IMG/VR virus record: IMGVR_UViG_3300029822_000003
Location: 29,172 to 93,171 of that record
Source of the DNA: a virus
Strand: one strand, 5' to 3'
DNA: 64,000 nucleotides
Part shown: piece after piece, positions 23,323 through 33,186 of the stretch
How the letters are laid out: each line of letters starts with the position of its first letter
How positions within the stretch are numbered: position 1 is the first letter of the stretch
Position numbers and translations under genes: made by a program
Notes under the pieces: generated by a model
What the model saw: only the letters and a program-made list of their open reading frames with translations
The model's database searches: none
What the model was told of the DNA's origin: nothing

Positions 23323-23851
23323 TTAATCATCTTCTTCCTCTAGTTCCTTCATAAAATCATCCCAATTTCTTTTAGGCAATTTGCCTTGTCTCATTAATTG
23401 CATTTCTTTTAAACTCTGTTCTATAGATTCTTTTACAGTACATGGCCTTTCGCCGCTTTCCTCTCTTGCGTCTATACTACGGTTAGTACACTCTTCTTCT
23501 ACTATCTTTTTAACTTGTTCTTTAGTAAATCCGTTTTCTTTTATAACTTTCTGGTTAAAATCCATTAATTCTTCTATTTCACACTTTGATTTATTTTTCA
23601 TGTATTCATCTTCTCCTTATCTTTCTACCACTGTTTAATAGCTGTACATTAAGGATTACAACTTTATCTGGAGATACACCATCTTTATTTGCAATAAACT
23701 TTTTTATAGTTTTCTGTATATCATTAAAGAGTGATACATTTCTTATCGGCTTAGACACATTTATACAAATTGAACCTTGGATTAATTTATTACTAATGTA
23801 CGCATTATAAAGTACTAAATATCTCATTTTACAGTTCACCTTAAATCCCCC

Positions 23852-24286
23852 TTATACTATTTTTCTGCGTCTAGTTGGTATTGTAGAAGCTTCTTCCATG
23901 CTCCAACCTAAATGTACTCTACTTTTAAATGTATTGGCATGAATTCCGTTCTCTTGTGCAATTTTTGAATACGTCTTAAAGCTTTCTTGTGTAGTAGTGT
24001 TTTTCACTTTACGATTTAATTTTCTTACAGGAGTAGTGGCAGCCTTTTTTCTATCCCATTTCAAGCCATACACTCTACTTGCAAACGTAGTAAATGGAAT
24101 ATTGTTTTCTTTAAGTGTTTCTATAAGTTTCTCAGACCATGTTTGATACCCTCTTATGGGAGTATTGATAGCTTTCCTTTTGCTCCATCCACCTTGCCTT
24201 ATTCTACCTTCTAAGGTTTTTCTACATATACCATTCTTTTCAGCTTGGGTATATTCTTCTGGACTAATATACCAGCTATAATCCAT
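23852..24286 (-). CDS. Phage protein with three tandem small HTH-like repeats
   Basis: 3x (A..NGI...T...R....GW....A..TP). Confidence 0.6.
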   Translation of the reverse strand: MDYSWYISPEEYTQAEKNGICRKTLEGRIRQGGWSKRKAINTPIRGYQTWSEKLIETLKENNIPFTTFASRVYGLKWDRKKAATTPVRKLNRKVKNTTTQESFKTYSKIAQENGIHANTFKSRVHLGWSMEEASTIPTRRRKIV

Positions 24287-24811
24287 AATTATTCACTCCT
24301 TTAAAATTGAAACATTCTAACTACTGGTGTTAACCATCTTAAATATTTAGGAAGTGTTTTATAGAAATAGCAGTCATTATTTATATTTAATTGTGACGGG
24401 CTTCCATAAATCTTTTTATCTGTATAACTATGTATATATTTTATATGGCTCTTAATAAATTTTTGACCTACTTTATCGACTTTTCCTACTTTCTTTCCGA
24501 CTGCTTTTCCAAAGGCTTTATTTGTATTAAATCTATCTCCTATAGGTATCCCACAACTAGGTATCTCACATTGGTCTACTCCTGTAAAATACCACCTAAT
24601 ACAATTGCTACAATATACTTTGTTTTGTAGTAATGTTTGTTTATTATTTTTCATACTTATTCACTCCTTTTAACAGTTTGAAATTGGCATGATGTAGATA
24701 AATATAATCGTCCTGCTGTAGTAGCATATATCTGCTGTCTTTTAGTGTCTCTTTGGCTTCTATTTCTTCTCCTGTCTTTATATCTTTAATGTTAGGCCTT
24801 GTAGTTGGGAC

Positions 24812-25375
24812 CTAATAACTATAATATTCTTTTAACTTTTTCAAGCTTGCAGTTTTTCTTTTAATTAAAGTTGGAACCACAGATTTTTTATGTTCAGCTA
24901 TATCAACTAACCTCATATCTTTAAAATAATAATCAATTATTAATTTTCTTTGCTTTTCAGTTAAGATTTTCATTCCATCTTCAATAACAATTCTGTCTAA
25001 TACCTGCTTATAGCTATCCACAGTATCAGGTATAACATCTTTTACTAATAATTTTTCATTAAAATGGTATGTACTTTCAATTGGCACAAATTTTATGTTC
25101 TTTGTGTTCTTTTGCTCACTATTATGTTTTCTACCGTAATTAAAGAAATGCCTATCAATGCATCGAGCTGCAAAAGTGGAAAATTCATAGCCATAATTAA
25201 TGTCATACTTTTGATATGCTATATATAATCCAATACCTGATTCTTGTATTGCATCGTCACGTTCAAGGAAAGAATATTTTTTAAATCTATAATAGAATGT
25301 ATCTTTGAATAATTCATACACTTCTTCAAAGCTTAGAACCTTTACTTTTTTCTTAATAAGTAACGATTTAATCAT
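24812..25375 (-). CDS. Sigma-70 family RNA polymerase sigma factor
   Basis: DAIQE..IGLY.A..KYD...G.EFSTFA..CI (region 2); LTEKQR.LI..YYF.D..L.DIA (region 4). Confidence 0.85.
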   Translation of the reverse strand: MIKSLLIKKKVKVLSFEEVYELFKDTFYYRFKKYSFLERDDAIQESGIGLYIAYQKYDINYGYEFSTFAARCIDRHFFNYGRKHNSEQKNTKNIKFVPIESTYHFNEKLLVKDVIPDTVDSYKQVLDRIVIEDGMKILTEKQRKLIIDYYFKDMRLVDIAEHKKSVVPTLIKRKTASLKKLKEYYSY

Positions 25376-25418
25376 GTTATCACCTGCTTATTAATTTATA
25401 TAAATTTTATATTTTTCC

Positions 25419-26201
25419 TTAAATATAATCTTCTTTCATAATTCTTTCACTATCTCCAGTAATCATAAAATATCTAGGTTGTGATACCTGTAAGAAATAA
25501 ACTATATCTCCGTCATTATTCTCTGGTAAATCTTCAAAGTATTCTTCTACTGTTTCTGTAAACATATCTAAATCAACGCTACTGCCTATTAATTTGTTTA
25601 CTGCATCATTTATAAACTTCACATATTTCTCTCTAATTCGCTTATGCCTTTTATTTCTAAACATATTTCTAATTTCTAAATAAGATTTTATATAAGGTTC
25701 TACCTCATCAGACCAGCCGATCTTGTATAAAGATTGTAAACTCTCAGTCTCGTTATTTTTAGTTTTATTTAATTCAGTATAGTTAGTAGGCATATTATTC
25801 CTGTTTAGTTCGGCATTATTTGCCTCTACTGAGCGGTATATTTTGCCGTTCATAGTGTTTTCAATGTCTATAGGTATACCAACATATATTTTATTTGGTT
25901 TTGTAAGCCCTTGACGTACTTCTTTTATGAGTTCATATTCAGCCAATTCTTTCATGTATTTTCTTACGCTTCTTTCACTTATATTTAAATCTTGTGCCAT
26001 TTTATCTCTTGCGTAATATATAAATACGTTTCCACTTTCATCTACCCAATTATTCTTTATGCTTAAACTTACTCTATCTTTTAAAAACGAATATACAACT
26101 TTAGCTCCTAAAGACATATCTTTATATGCATTTGTAAATAAAACTTTAGGTATTTGGTAGAAAGACATATTTGTTACTTCATTTATTTTTATATATTGCA
26201 T
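25419..26201 (-). CDS. RepA_N replication initiator protein
   Basis: FYQIPK.LF...YK.MS..AK..YS.L.DR..LS.KN.WVDE.G.VFIYY...RQGLTKPNKIY. Confidence 0.85.
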   Translation of the reverse strand: MQYIKINEVTNMSFYQIPKVLFTNAYKDMSLGAKVVYSFLKDRVSLSIKNNWVDESGNVFIYYARDKMAQDLNISERSVRKYMKELAEYELIKEVRQGLTKPNKIYVGIPIDIENTMNGKIYRSVEANNAELNRNNMPTNYTELNKTKNNETESLQSLYKIGWSDEVEPYIKSYLEIRNMFRNKRHKRIREKYVKFINDAVNKLIGSSVDLDMFTETVEEYFEDLPENNDGDIVYFLQVSQPRYFMITGDSERIMKEDYI

Positions 26202-26223
26202 TTATTCCACTTCCTGTTAGTAT

Positions 26224-26763
26224 CTATTTGTCCAAATTATTTTTTATCATATAGTTAACTACTTCATCACTTTGAAACCCATTTTGGGATATATTTATTA
26301 ATTCTTTAAATAACTTATCTACGTTAGTGGTAGAAAAATCAAATAATTCTCTCGTAGTATTGTATTTTTTAAATATAAAGTGAATTAGTGATTCATAATA
26401 ATATTTGTCTGGTACATTTATGTAAAATAATAATCTCATGTTTCCAAATTCTTGTTTTAAATTTTTCATTCTATCCTTGGAGTTATCAGAACATCCTATT
26501 TTAATTAATCCATTATCTAATTGAGCAAAATAGACTTCTCCGTTTCTATTCCTTTTAGGTCTATATGATTCACATTTTAAAAATACTTCTAAAGAAAATT
26601 CACGTCTTAATATTTCAATATCTTTTTGATTAAGATTGGATTCACTTTTTAGCACTTTCATTACCTCGGAGCATTGATTTTTGTCTAATACAATTCCGTT
26701 CTTATCATAAATCAAGTTGTCATTTCTATCTAAATAAAATAATTCAACATCTCTTCTATTCAT
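26224..26763 (-). CDS. GIY-YIG / T5orf172-domain protein
   Basis: GEVYF......IKIG.S.N...R...L...E..IH..F......E.F. Confidence 0.7.
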   Translation of the reverse strand: MNRRDVELFYLDRNDNLIYDKNGIVLDKNQCSEVMKVLKSESNLNQKDIEILRREFSLEVFLKCESYRPKRNRNGEVYFAQLDNGLIKIGCSDNSKDRMKNLKQEFGNMRLLFYINVPDKYYYESLIHFIFKKYNTTRELFDFSTTNVDKLFKELINISQNGFQSDEVVNYMIKNNLDK

Positions 26764-26938
26764 CTATGCCACTTCCTTACTTTCAATTATCTTCAGTAGT
26801 TTCTACAGGTTCATAATTATTTTTTAGTTGCCTAGGATTCTCTGCACATTCTGAATAACTACAATAATCACAAGGGCAATCTTTGCAATCTTTAATATTG
26901 CAGTGTTGGCATTTATAATACTTGCAGTCCGTAACCAT

Positions 26939-27664
26939 TTATTTTCCTCCTTTTAATGGTCTAAAATTATTTAAGAAATCCATTTGCTGATATGGTCTAT
27001 CTTTCTTTATTACGTCTATGCTTTCGTCTATAACTTTCATAGAGTTACTTAATACATCCATTGATATATCTTCCCATTTTTTGACTTGTAAAATAATAAA
27101 TATTCTTTGCTTCACAAGGTCATATTCTTTATTGGCTCTATTTATTCCCAATCTATCTTTTATATATTTTCCTATGCTAAATTTAGTAGCACATGAAGGC
27201 TTATAATAAGTAGAACATTTATTTTCTACCTTCCCTATTTCCTTTTATACTTCACTTTTGACTATATTAGAAATTTCAGATTTGAATTGCCCCATTAGCT
27301 CGGATTTTATAAGTATTGCTTCATGCTTTCTTATCTTATCAAGTACTTCCCATACCCAATCTATAAAAGCATTTGCGTTATGTTGTTGGCTCCATCTGCA
27401 TATTTCATAAATCCCTTTAGGTGTATAAAGCATTGTATTATAAGCTTTCCCATCAGTACCCGTCACTTTGGTGGTAACTGAAAATTTGTTCAATCTTTCT
27501 TTATGCCTAGAGTGTAATTTATCAATAGCCTTTTGTGGTTCACTATATTCCAAAGCTCTCCCTATTTGTTCTCTAGTAATTAAAATATCATCCTTGTTAC
27601 TTCTATAAAAGTCACATTCTATATTGCAAAATTTTTCTGTTGTAATTAATCTTAATTCTGGCAT
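26939..27664 (-). pseudogene. BRO-N antirepressor interrupted by one in-frame TAA (27245-27247)
   Basis: ITREQIGRALEY..P..AI..LH.RH..RL...GIYEICRWS; frame stays open after the stop and runs into ORF 26939-27151. Confidence 0.7.
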
Positions 27665-27916
27665 TGTTATTTATCATCAACCTTTCTTTATTTTATTGGC
27701 CATCCTTTCGGGTAACATCTTCTAGCAATTCTTATAGTCAATAGATTCTGTATAGTGTGTAGGGCAACCATGAATTCTTCTATTTCGTTTGGATGCTGCC
27801 GTGGTAATTTGCAATACTTATTCCAAGCTGAAAGTAAATCATCCATTACCTCTCCCTCTGCATCTGTAAGACCATCATTCCTAGTTATCTTTTCTAAATC
27901 GTTCATCTTATACCTC

Positions 27917-28069
27917 CTAACATTTTTCCATAATGATTTTATTTTCTTCCATAGAAAATAACAATGTATCTCCTTTTTCGATTTCTAATTTATCTGTCAT
28001 TTCTTTAGGAATATTTATGTATCTATTGTGGTTGATTGAATTTTCTTGTACTTTCATTGTCCTTTTCAC
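27917..28069 (-). CDS. AbrB/MazE/SpoVT-like DNA-binding protein (50 aa, not in ORF track)
   Basis: MKRTMKVQENSINHNRYINIPKEMTDKLEIEKGDTLLFSMEENKIIMEKC with AAGGGAAGTG RBS. Confidence 0.75.
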   Translation of the reverse strand: MKRTMKVQENSINHNRYINIPKEMTDKLEIEKGDTLLFSMEENKIIMEKC

Positions 28070-28381
28070 TTCATCACTTCCCTTCTACTTATATTATACC
28101 ATAATATTGAGTTAAATACTCGTTATTTATGAATGTTATTCAAAATATTTAAATTTATTTTAAAGCAAATAAAGAGCGGTTTTAATCTAAATAGTATAAT
28201 TACACTACTTAACAATTAAAATCGCTCTATGATGCTTCTACACTTCATATAGGCATAAAAATAGAAGGTACTAAACCTTTAAGTATAAGTCTAGCACCTT
28301 CTATAACCCTTCATCTTTATTTATTATTACCTATTGAGGGCATTTATATTCGTTTTTAAATTAATTAATGTACGTTTTTGA

Positions 28382-28409
28382 ACGTCGCTAAATCTAAGTT
28401 TAGCGAAAC
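28382..28409. other. 11-6-11 recombinase-type site
   Basis: ACGTCGCTAAA-TCTAAG-TTTAGCGAAAC. Confidence 0.45.
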
Positions 28410-30914
28410 TCATTATTATTAATCATCTATTTCTTTATGCAGCCAATTACTTTTATATCTTCCATTTTCTATACTCCAATTCATAATATCTTTATCTTCT
28501 GATATTTCTATACTTCCACATCTTTGCTCTAACATTTGTGCACATTCATCATGTTCTCTTTCTCTAGCTAAATTACATCCATGTACTTGTGATGAATTAA
28601 AGTTATTAATAAAAGCAATTTTGTCTCTATTGTAATCTATAAGAAATATTCTATCCTCATCCATCAATATAATATCTCTGCAATTAAGGGTGTGTTCTTT
28701 TCCATGTATATCTCTTATTAATATTTGTTCATCATCAAATATTTTTTTCTTCTCTTTTACTTTTACAATTCCAGTGCTAATTAATATTTCCATAAAAGTT
28801 TTATTTCTAATAATATCCTGTCCTACTACATACATATCTATCATACATTATCGCTCCCGTTTTATATTATCTATTTTCTTTTGCAAATCATATTTTTTAA
28901 TCAATTCTTTCCAAGGCATCCCGTCTGCTATATCATTATACATTTTTACCTCTATAAAAGCATTGTCAGCTAATACCGATAGTGCATATTTAATTCTTAA
29001 TTTATATTCTGGACACGTTTCTCTAAAATCAACGCTTTTGCAATTCTTAGCTTGACATTTTCCACCTGGAAACATCCACGGAGTTGAAAAGAATTCGTCA
29101 CAAGTATTACACGTTTTCTCTATTTTAAGTAATTTGTTTGGGTCTTCCATTTACATATCACTCCCAAGAATTTCATTATCAGTTCTTTCATTAAGAGCTT
29201 TAGCCACTATTCTAAAATACTCTTGTACATTTTCTTCTTCCATAATTTCTTCTTTTGTAGGTTTACGCCCTAGACATTTAATTTTTAATGGTATATTCAT
29301 TTATATATCACTCCTTCTTTATAACTTTTCCTATTGTTCCAGGTTTATATTTAATTACATCTATACCGCTATCTGTAGAGTTTTATTGTATAGATTCAAC
29401 GCATTGTCTTTGTTTATGTTCCAGCCTTTACAATCAAATAGTTCTAAGTATTTAGTGAAAGCTTTCTTTGATTTCAGTGTGAATATGCTATTAAATAAAG
29501 GCCATAATCCTTTCCATTCATCAATAAACCCGCAAGCAAATGGAGGATTTATCCAATAAGATTCATACCCTATTAGTTCATACAGATAAAGTACATCATT
29601 ATAGGTTAAATCTTTTCCCCAGTTTTCTTTTATCCATTGTAAAGTATGATGTTCTTCCATGCAATCAACTCCTTAATATTTAGATTTTCTTCTCTTTATT
29701 TCAAACTTTTTAGCTGTCTTATTTAAATATCTTTGTGTTTGAATGTACCTATATATTCTTTTAAATATGTTCAATTATAGTCAGCTCCTATTTATTATTA
29801 AGTACATTATAATATATTCCTACCGCTTTTAATTCTGCTACGTTGTCACATTTTAGTAGTATATTTTTATCTGCACCAATTTTTAATGAAGTTTCAATAG
29901 TTGAAAGTATGTCGTTAGGTGTTAGTTCTCCATCTTTATGCGATATTCTCAATGCTAAAATTTTTAATTCTTCATCTATGGTAATGTTATTCTCTGCTAA
30001 TTTTCTTCCACATTTAGGGCAATACTCAATTTCTCCTGAGGATTCACCGGCATAATAGGAATTTGATGTAAGGTAATACGTTATTATGCCTTTAATATAT
30101 TCTTTTTCTAAGTAAGTTTCAACGTCACAATCATCTATTATTGGCTCTCCTCTTGATGTATCTTCATCTATAATGTCTTTAAAATCGCAGTATTTACACA
30201 TTTAATCAACTCCTATCTATAATTCTTTTAGTCCGCGTTCTCGCCTTACTTTATTTATAGAAGTGCCTTTATATTCTTCTACACTTTCATTAAGCTTATT
30301 GGCTATTTCTAGTTCATCATTATAATTTAAAAGTCTCCACCTTTTTATGCACTTTGATTTTAAATATTCCTTTTTTACGTCTGGACCGATACTAGGATTA
30401 TTTTCTTTAGCTTTCATATACCATTCTAAAGAATCATTCTGTAGTCTAATTATAAGTGCATCTATGCTTTCAACATCTATGGCTATAATCTTACTTTCAC
30501 TATTAAGCAATTCAGCCTTTACTAGCATAATATCAGCTCCTTTTACATCCAACTATTGAATATTAATATAGAATCATCATCTAGTATAACAGGGTTTACA
30601 TCTAAAGCTTTGCTTAATTGAAATATGTCTACAAGATAATCCAATTCTATAGTTCCTACAAATACAATGTTATCTTCATCAATATAATTGAATATTTTGC
30701 CTTTCTTATGGAAATACGTATCTCTTGTCATTGATTCTTCAAAACCGTATTTATTTAACACAGGTCTTATGCTATCAAGTTTTTCTTTAGAATCTGCCAT
30801 GTATATTTCTACTTTCATTCTAATCTCTCCTTTAATCATATTAATATTTTACAAGAATTACAAGTTATCTTTTTCATATTTTTCAAAGAACTTTTTTAGC
30901 TTCGTTTCGGATAT

Positions 30915-30946
30915 TAAAATAAGGTAAGCACATTGCCTACCTTATT
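30915..30946 (-). terminator. Intrinsic terminator closing the ncRNA operon
   Basis: AATAAGGTAGGCA-ATG-TGCTTACCTTATT-TT. Confidence 0.65.
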
Positions 30947-31085
30947 AGGGGTTATCTATTGGGGGATGGGATATTTACAACCCTATCTGAGTTGTTGGCG
31001 GCCATATTTATCGGCTACAGCCAAACCATAAAAAATCAATAGAAAGGAGTTAAAAATATGAAATCTCAATCATTTATCTGTCTAG

Positions 31086-31173
31086 TGGTGGATAGAGTAG
31101 GACTTGAACCTACAGTGTTTTTTATGTAAGTGATTTACAGTCACCCTTCTTCAGCCAATTTGAATATCTATCC
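31086..31173 (-). tRNA. tRNA-Tyr (GTA) with encoded CCA
   Basis: Acceptor GGATAGA/TCTATCC-A-CCA; anticodon arm GGTGA-CTGTAAA-TCACT; long variable region; T arm GTAGG-TTCAAGT-CCTAC. Confidence 0.85.
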
Positions 31174-31714
31174 ATATAGTGGGGAATCGAACCCCAAAAA
31201 GAAATTGGTTACAAGCTTAAAACAAACCCTTGTTTTTGCTTATCTGGGGCGGTAAAGGATAGCCTTAATTATCGCTTATCTCCTACAAACATATCCTGAT
31301 TATGTTATATAGTTCTTATACGATTCCTTTATCCTTATTTTGTTTATATATTCAATTTAGCTTATCAGGTCACTAAATATCTTATATAAGTTTATCTTTT
31401 CATCTATGCCTAAAGACCGCTGGGACTAGATTTATTTTAATTCCCTCTAGTTACAGGAATTGTTAAGTCTCATGGTGGCGGTTGCATTTTTATTTTACGT
31501 GTCCTGCAACCACAGGCACAGCTTTTGAAATCATCTTATCTTTCGTCCTTTTGAATTATTGCACGCATTTGTGCTACGACTTTTACTTCTTCTATTACAT
31601 CGTCTAAAAGTCTAATTGGTGCTTTGTGTTCTGCAAGTATATCGCATATTTCTTCTGCTATTTCAGTAGTATCTATTGCATTCATTGTTTCTCACCTCAA
31701 ACTATTCTTTGTCT

Positions 31715-31948
31715 TTAGTGTTTCTGATAAAATATTTTTATGTTGTTGCATTGTATGCTTACTATTATGTGGCCTTTTCTGTCAACTAAGTTGTACATAA
31801 AAGGTACACCACTTTGTGATGTAAAAGGTATGATGAATCTTATTTCTTTGTCTTGGAAAGTATCCCCTACTGTGTATTCTTTTGCATCATCACATACTAT
31901 TTTTCTTATGTATCTTAATACTTCGGTACTATCTTCCATAGTTTTCAT
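31715..31948 (-). CDS. Hypothetical protein inside the ncRNA operon
   Basis: ORF with GGAGG RBS; two more short RBS-led ORFs flank it. Confidence 0.55.
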   Translation of the reverse strand: MKTMEDSTEVLRYIRKIVCDDAKEYTVGDTFQDKEIRFIIPFTSQSGVPFMYNLVDRKGHIIVSIQCNNIKIFYQKH

Positions 31949-32229
31949 TTTATACCTCCACTTTTTATCATATGTATTAGAGATTTAAACTGTTGATCTC
32001 ACTTATATAGTTATTTCTTCTTCATTTATTATTTCACCAGTAGTTAATTCAAGCTTAAAGTCGACGATTTTTTCACTAGTTTCTTTTAATTCATCAACTA
32101 ATGAATTAAATTTTTTTAGCAATAGTTCCAATTCAGCAGAGTTAGATTTTGTTATTATTCTTTTTATTTTAATCACCCCCTGTAACTTGTTTTTTTATCT
32201 TTAGTTTGTATTTATCTTTGCTTATGTAT

Positions 32230-32359
32230 TAGAGTGGGTGAAGATTTGCACTTCACATGTTACAACCAACACCATATATGCTACCTTGCCGCATAATTGC
32301 AAGTTCCCCACTTTCAACACGAGTTGTAGAAGCTGTTGGAAAGTGTAATTGCCCGCTCC
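32230..32359 (-). ncRNA. Enlarged tRNA-like RNA (about 130 nt)
   Basis: Acceptor-like GGAGCGG/CCACTCT stacked on T-like arm GTGAAG-TGCAAAT-CTTCAC; three internal stems. Confidence 0.55.
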
Positions 32360-32919
32360 TGGTATGCAATTACTTTAGTGTGCAACTGCATAAATCTCAC
32401 TTTACTCGTTGAAATATAATAATTGACTATATATAAAAATAAAGGGTGGTATAAGATTGCTTTTATAGTGTGCAACCTTAGTAAGTATCACTTCCAAAAT
32501 CACATTTCAGGAGGAACTGAAAATCAATCTTGATATTAATGCTGGTTGTATGCAGTTTCTTTTTTAGTGTGAAGCTGTAATAAATATCACTGTGAACAAA
32601 TTCAAATAAAAAATCAATAAAAGGAGTATGTTATAACGTGAACAACGCTAAAAGCTGTATGCCTTTCGGCTGGTGACCAGCTATTATTTATAGTGCTCCT
32701 GGTCAGTAACACTCATTAAGATTATAGGAGACTTTATACAAGTTTGAAATTTGCATTGTTATTGCTTTTATTAAGGCAATTTGCCTTTGGTGACCGTATT
32801 TATAGGCTACGGTCAAACCCTTTCTAAATTGGAAGATTAGAAAACGAACAAAATTAAAATCTACACAGTATCCCTGCTGTGATTACCACCAAAAATTAAT
32901 TATCTTATCTACAATTATT

Positions 32920-32948
32920 ATTGTACTCGATATTGATGAGTTATGCAA
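32920..32948 (-). promoter_or_regulatory. Sigma-A promoter of ncRNA operon with operator-like boxes
   Basis: TTGCAT-17-TACAAT; ATATCGAG boxes at 32925-32933 and 32952-32960. Confidence 0.7.
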
Positions 32949-33158
32949 TAGATATCGAGCAAAAATAAAATATTAGTACAAGCTTTTTTATTTTTTAAAA
33001 TATTACTTGAATCCAGTTTTATTTATTGTTCGTGTTTTTAGACTTTTGCAGAGTGAAATTTTGTATTAGCATATACGGTAAAATCCATTTCACTCGAAAA
33101 TATACGAACATTATTACATTATTTTGATTTATTGTTTATGTTTTACTGTATATTTTGA

Positions 33159-33186
33159 ACTTCGCTAAAACATTATTTAGCGAACT
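33159..33186. other. 11-6-11 recombinase-type site abutting terL stop
   Basis: ACTTCGCTAAA-ACATTA-TTTAGCGAACT. Confidence 0.5.

Larger units (their letters stand above)
30960..32820 (-). ncRNA. Array of about 11 small H-type pseudoknot RNAs ending in CCA
   Basis: Units at 30960-30995, 30996-31028, 31206-31241, 31245-31284, 31421-31461, 31473-31520, 32360-32401, 32447-32492, 32543-32591, 32671-32713, 32788-32820; same topology with different stem sequences. Confidence 0.65.

Noticed and set aside
27245-27247. Stop-codon reassignment in this phage
   Set aside because: TAA, TAG and TGA all terminate other genes normally and no suppressor tRNA is seen.
31058-31129. Plus-strand micro-ORF MKSQSFICLVVDRVGLEPTVFFM with a good RBS
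   Set aside because: It runs antisense through tRNA-Tyr and no plus-strand promoter was noticed. Treated as anti-SD sequence on the minus transcript.
32438-32460. T-box-like AATAAAGGGTGGTA on the plus strand
   Set aside because: It lacks the CCGCG continuation, stem I and a downstream plus-strand gene. It is the reverse complement of a unit's ACCA end.
30960-32820. Array as a CRISPR array or a canonical type III antitoxin locus
   Set aside because: The units are not near-identical direct repeats, spacing is irregular, and there is no recognisable cas or ToxN/CptN/TenpN gene. Mimicry is kept only as a hypothesis.
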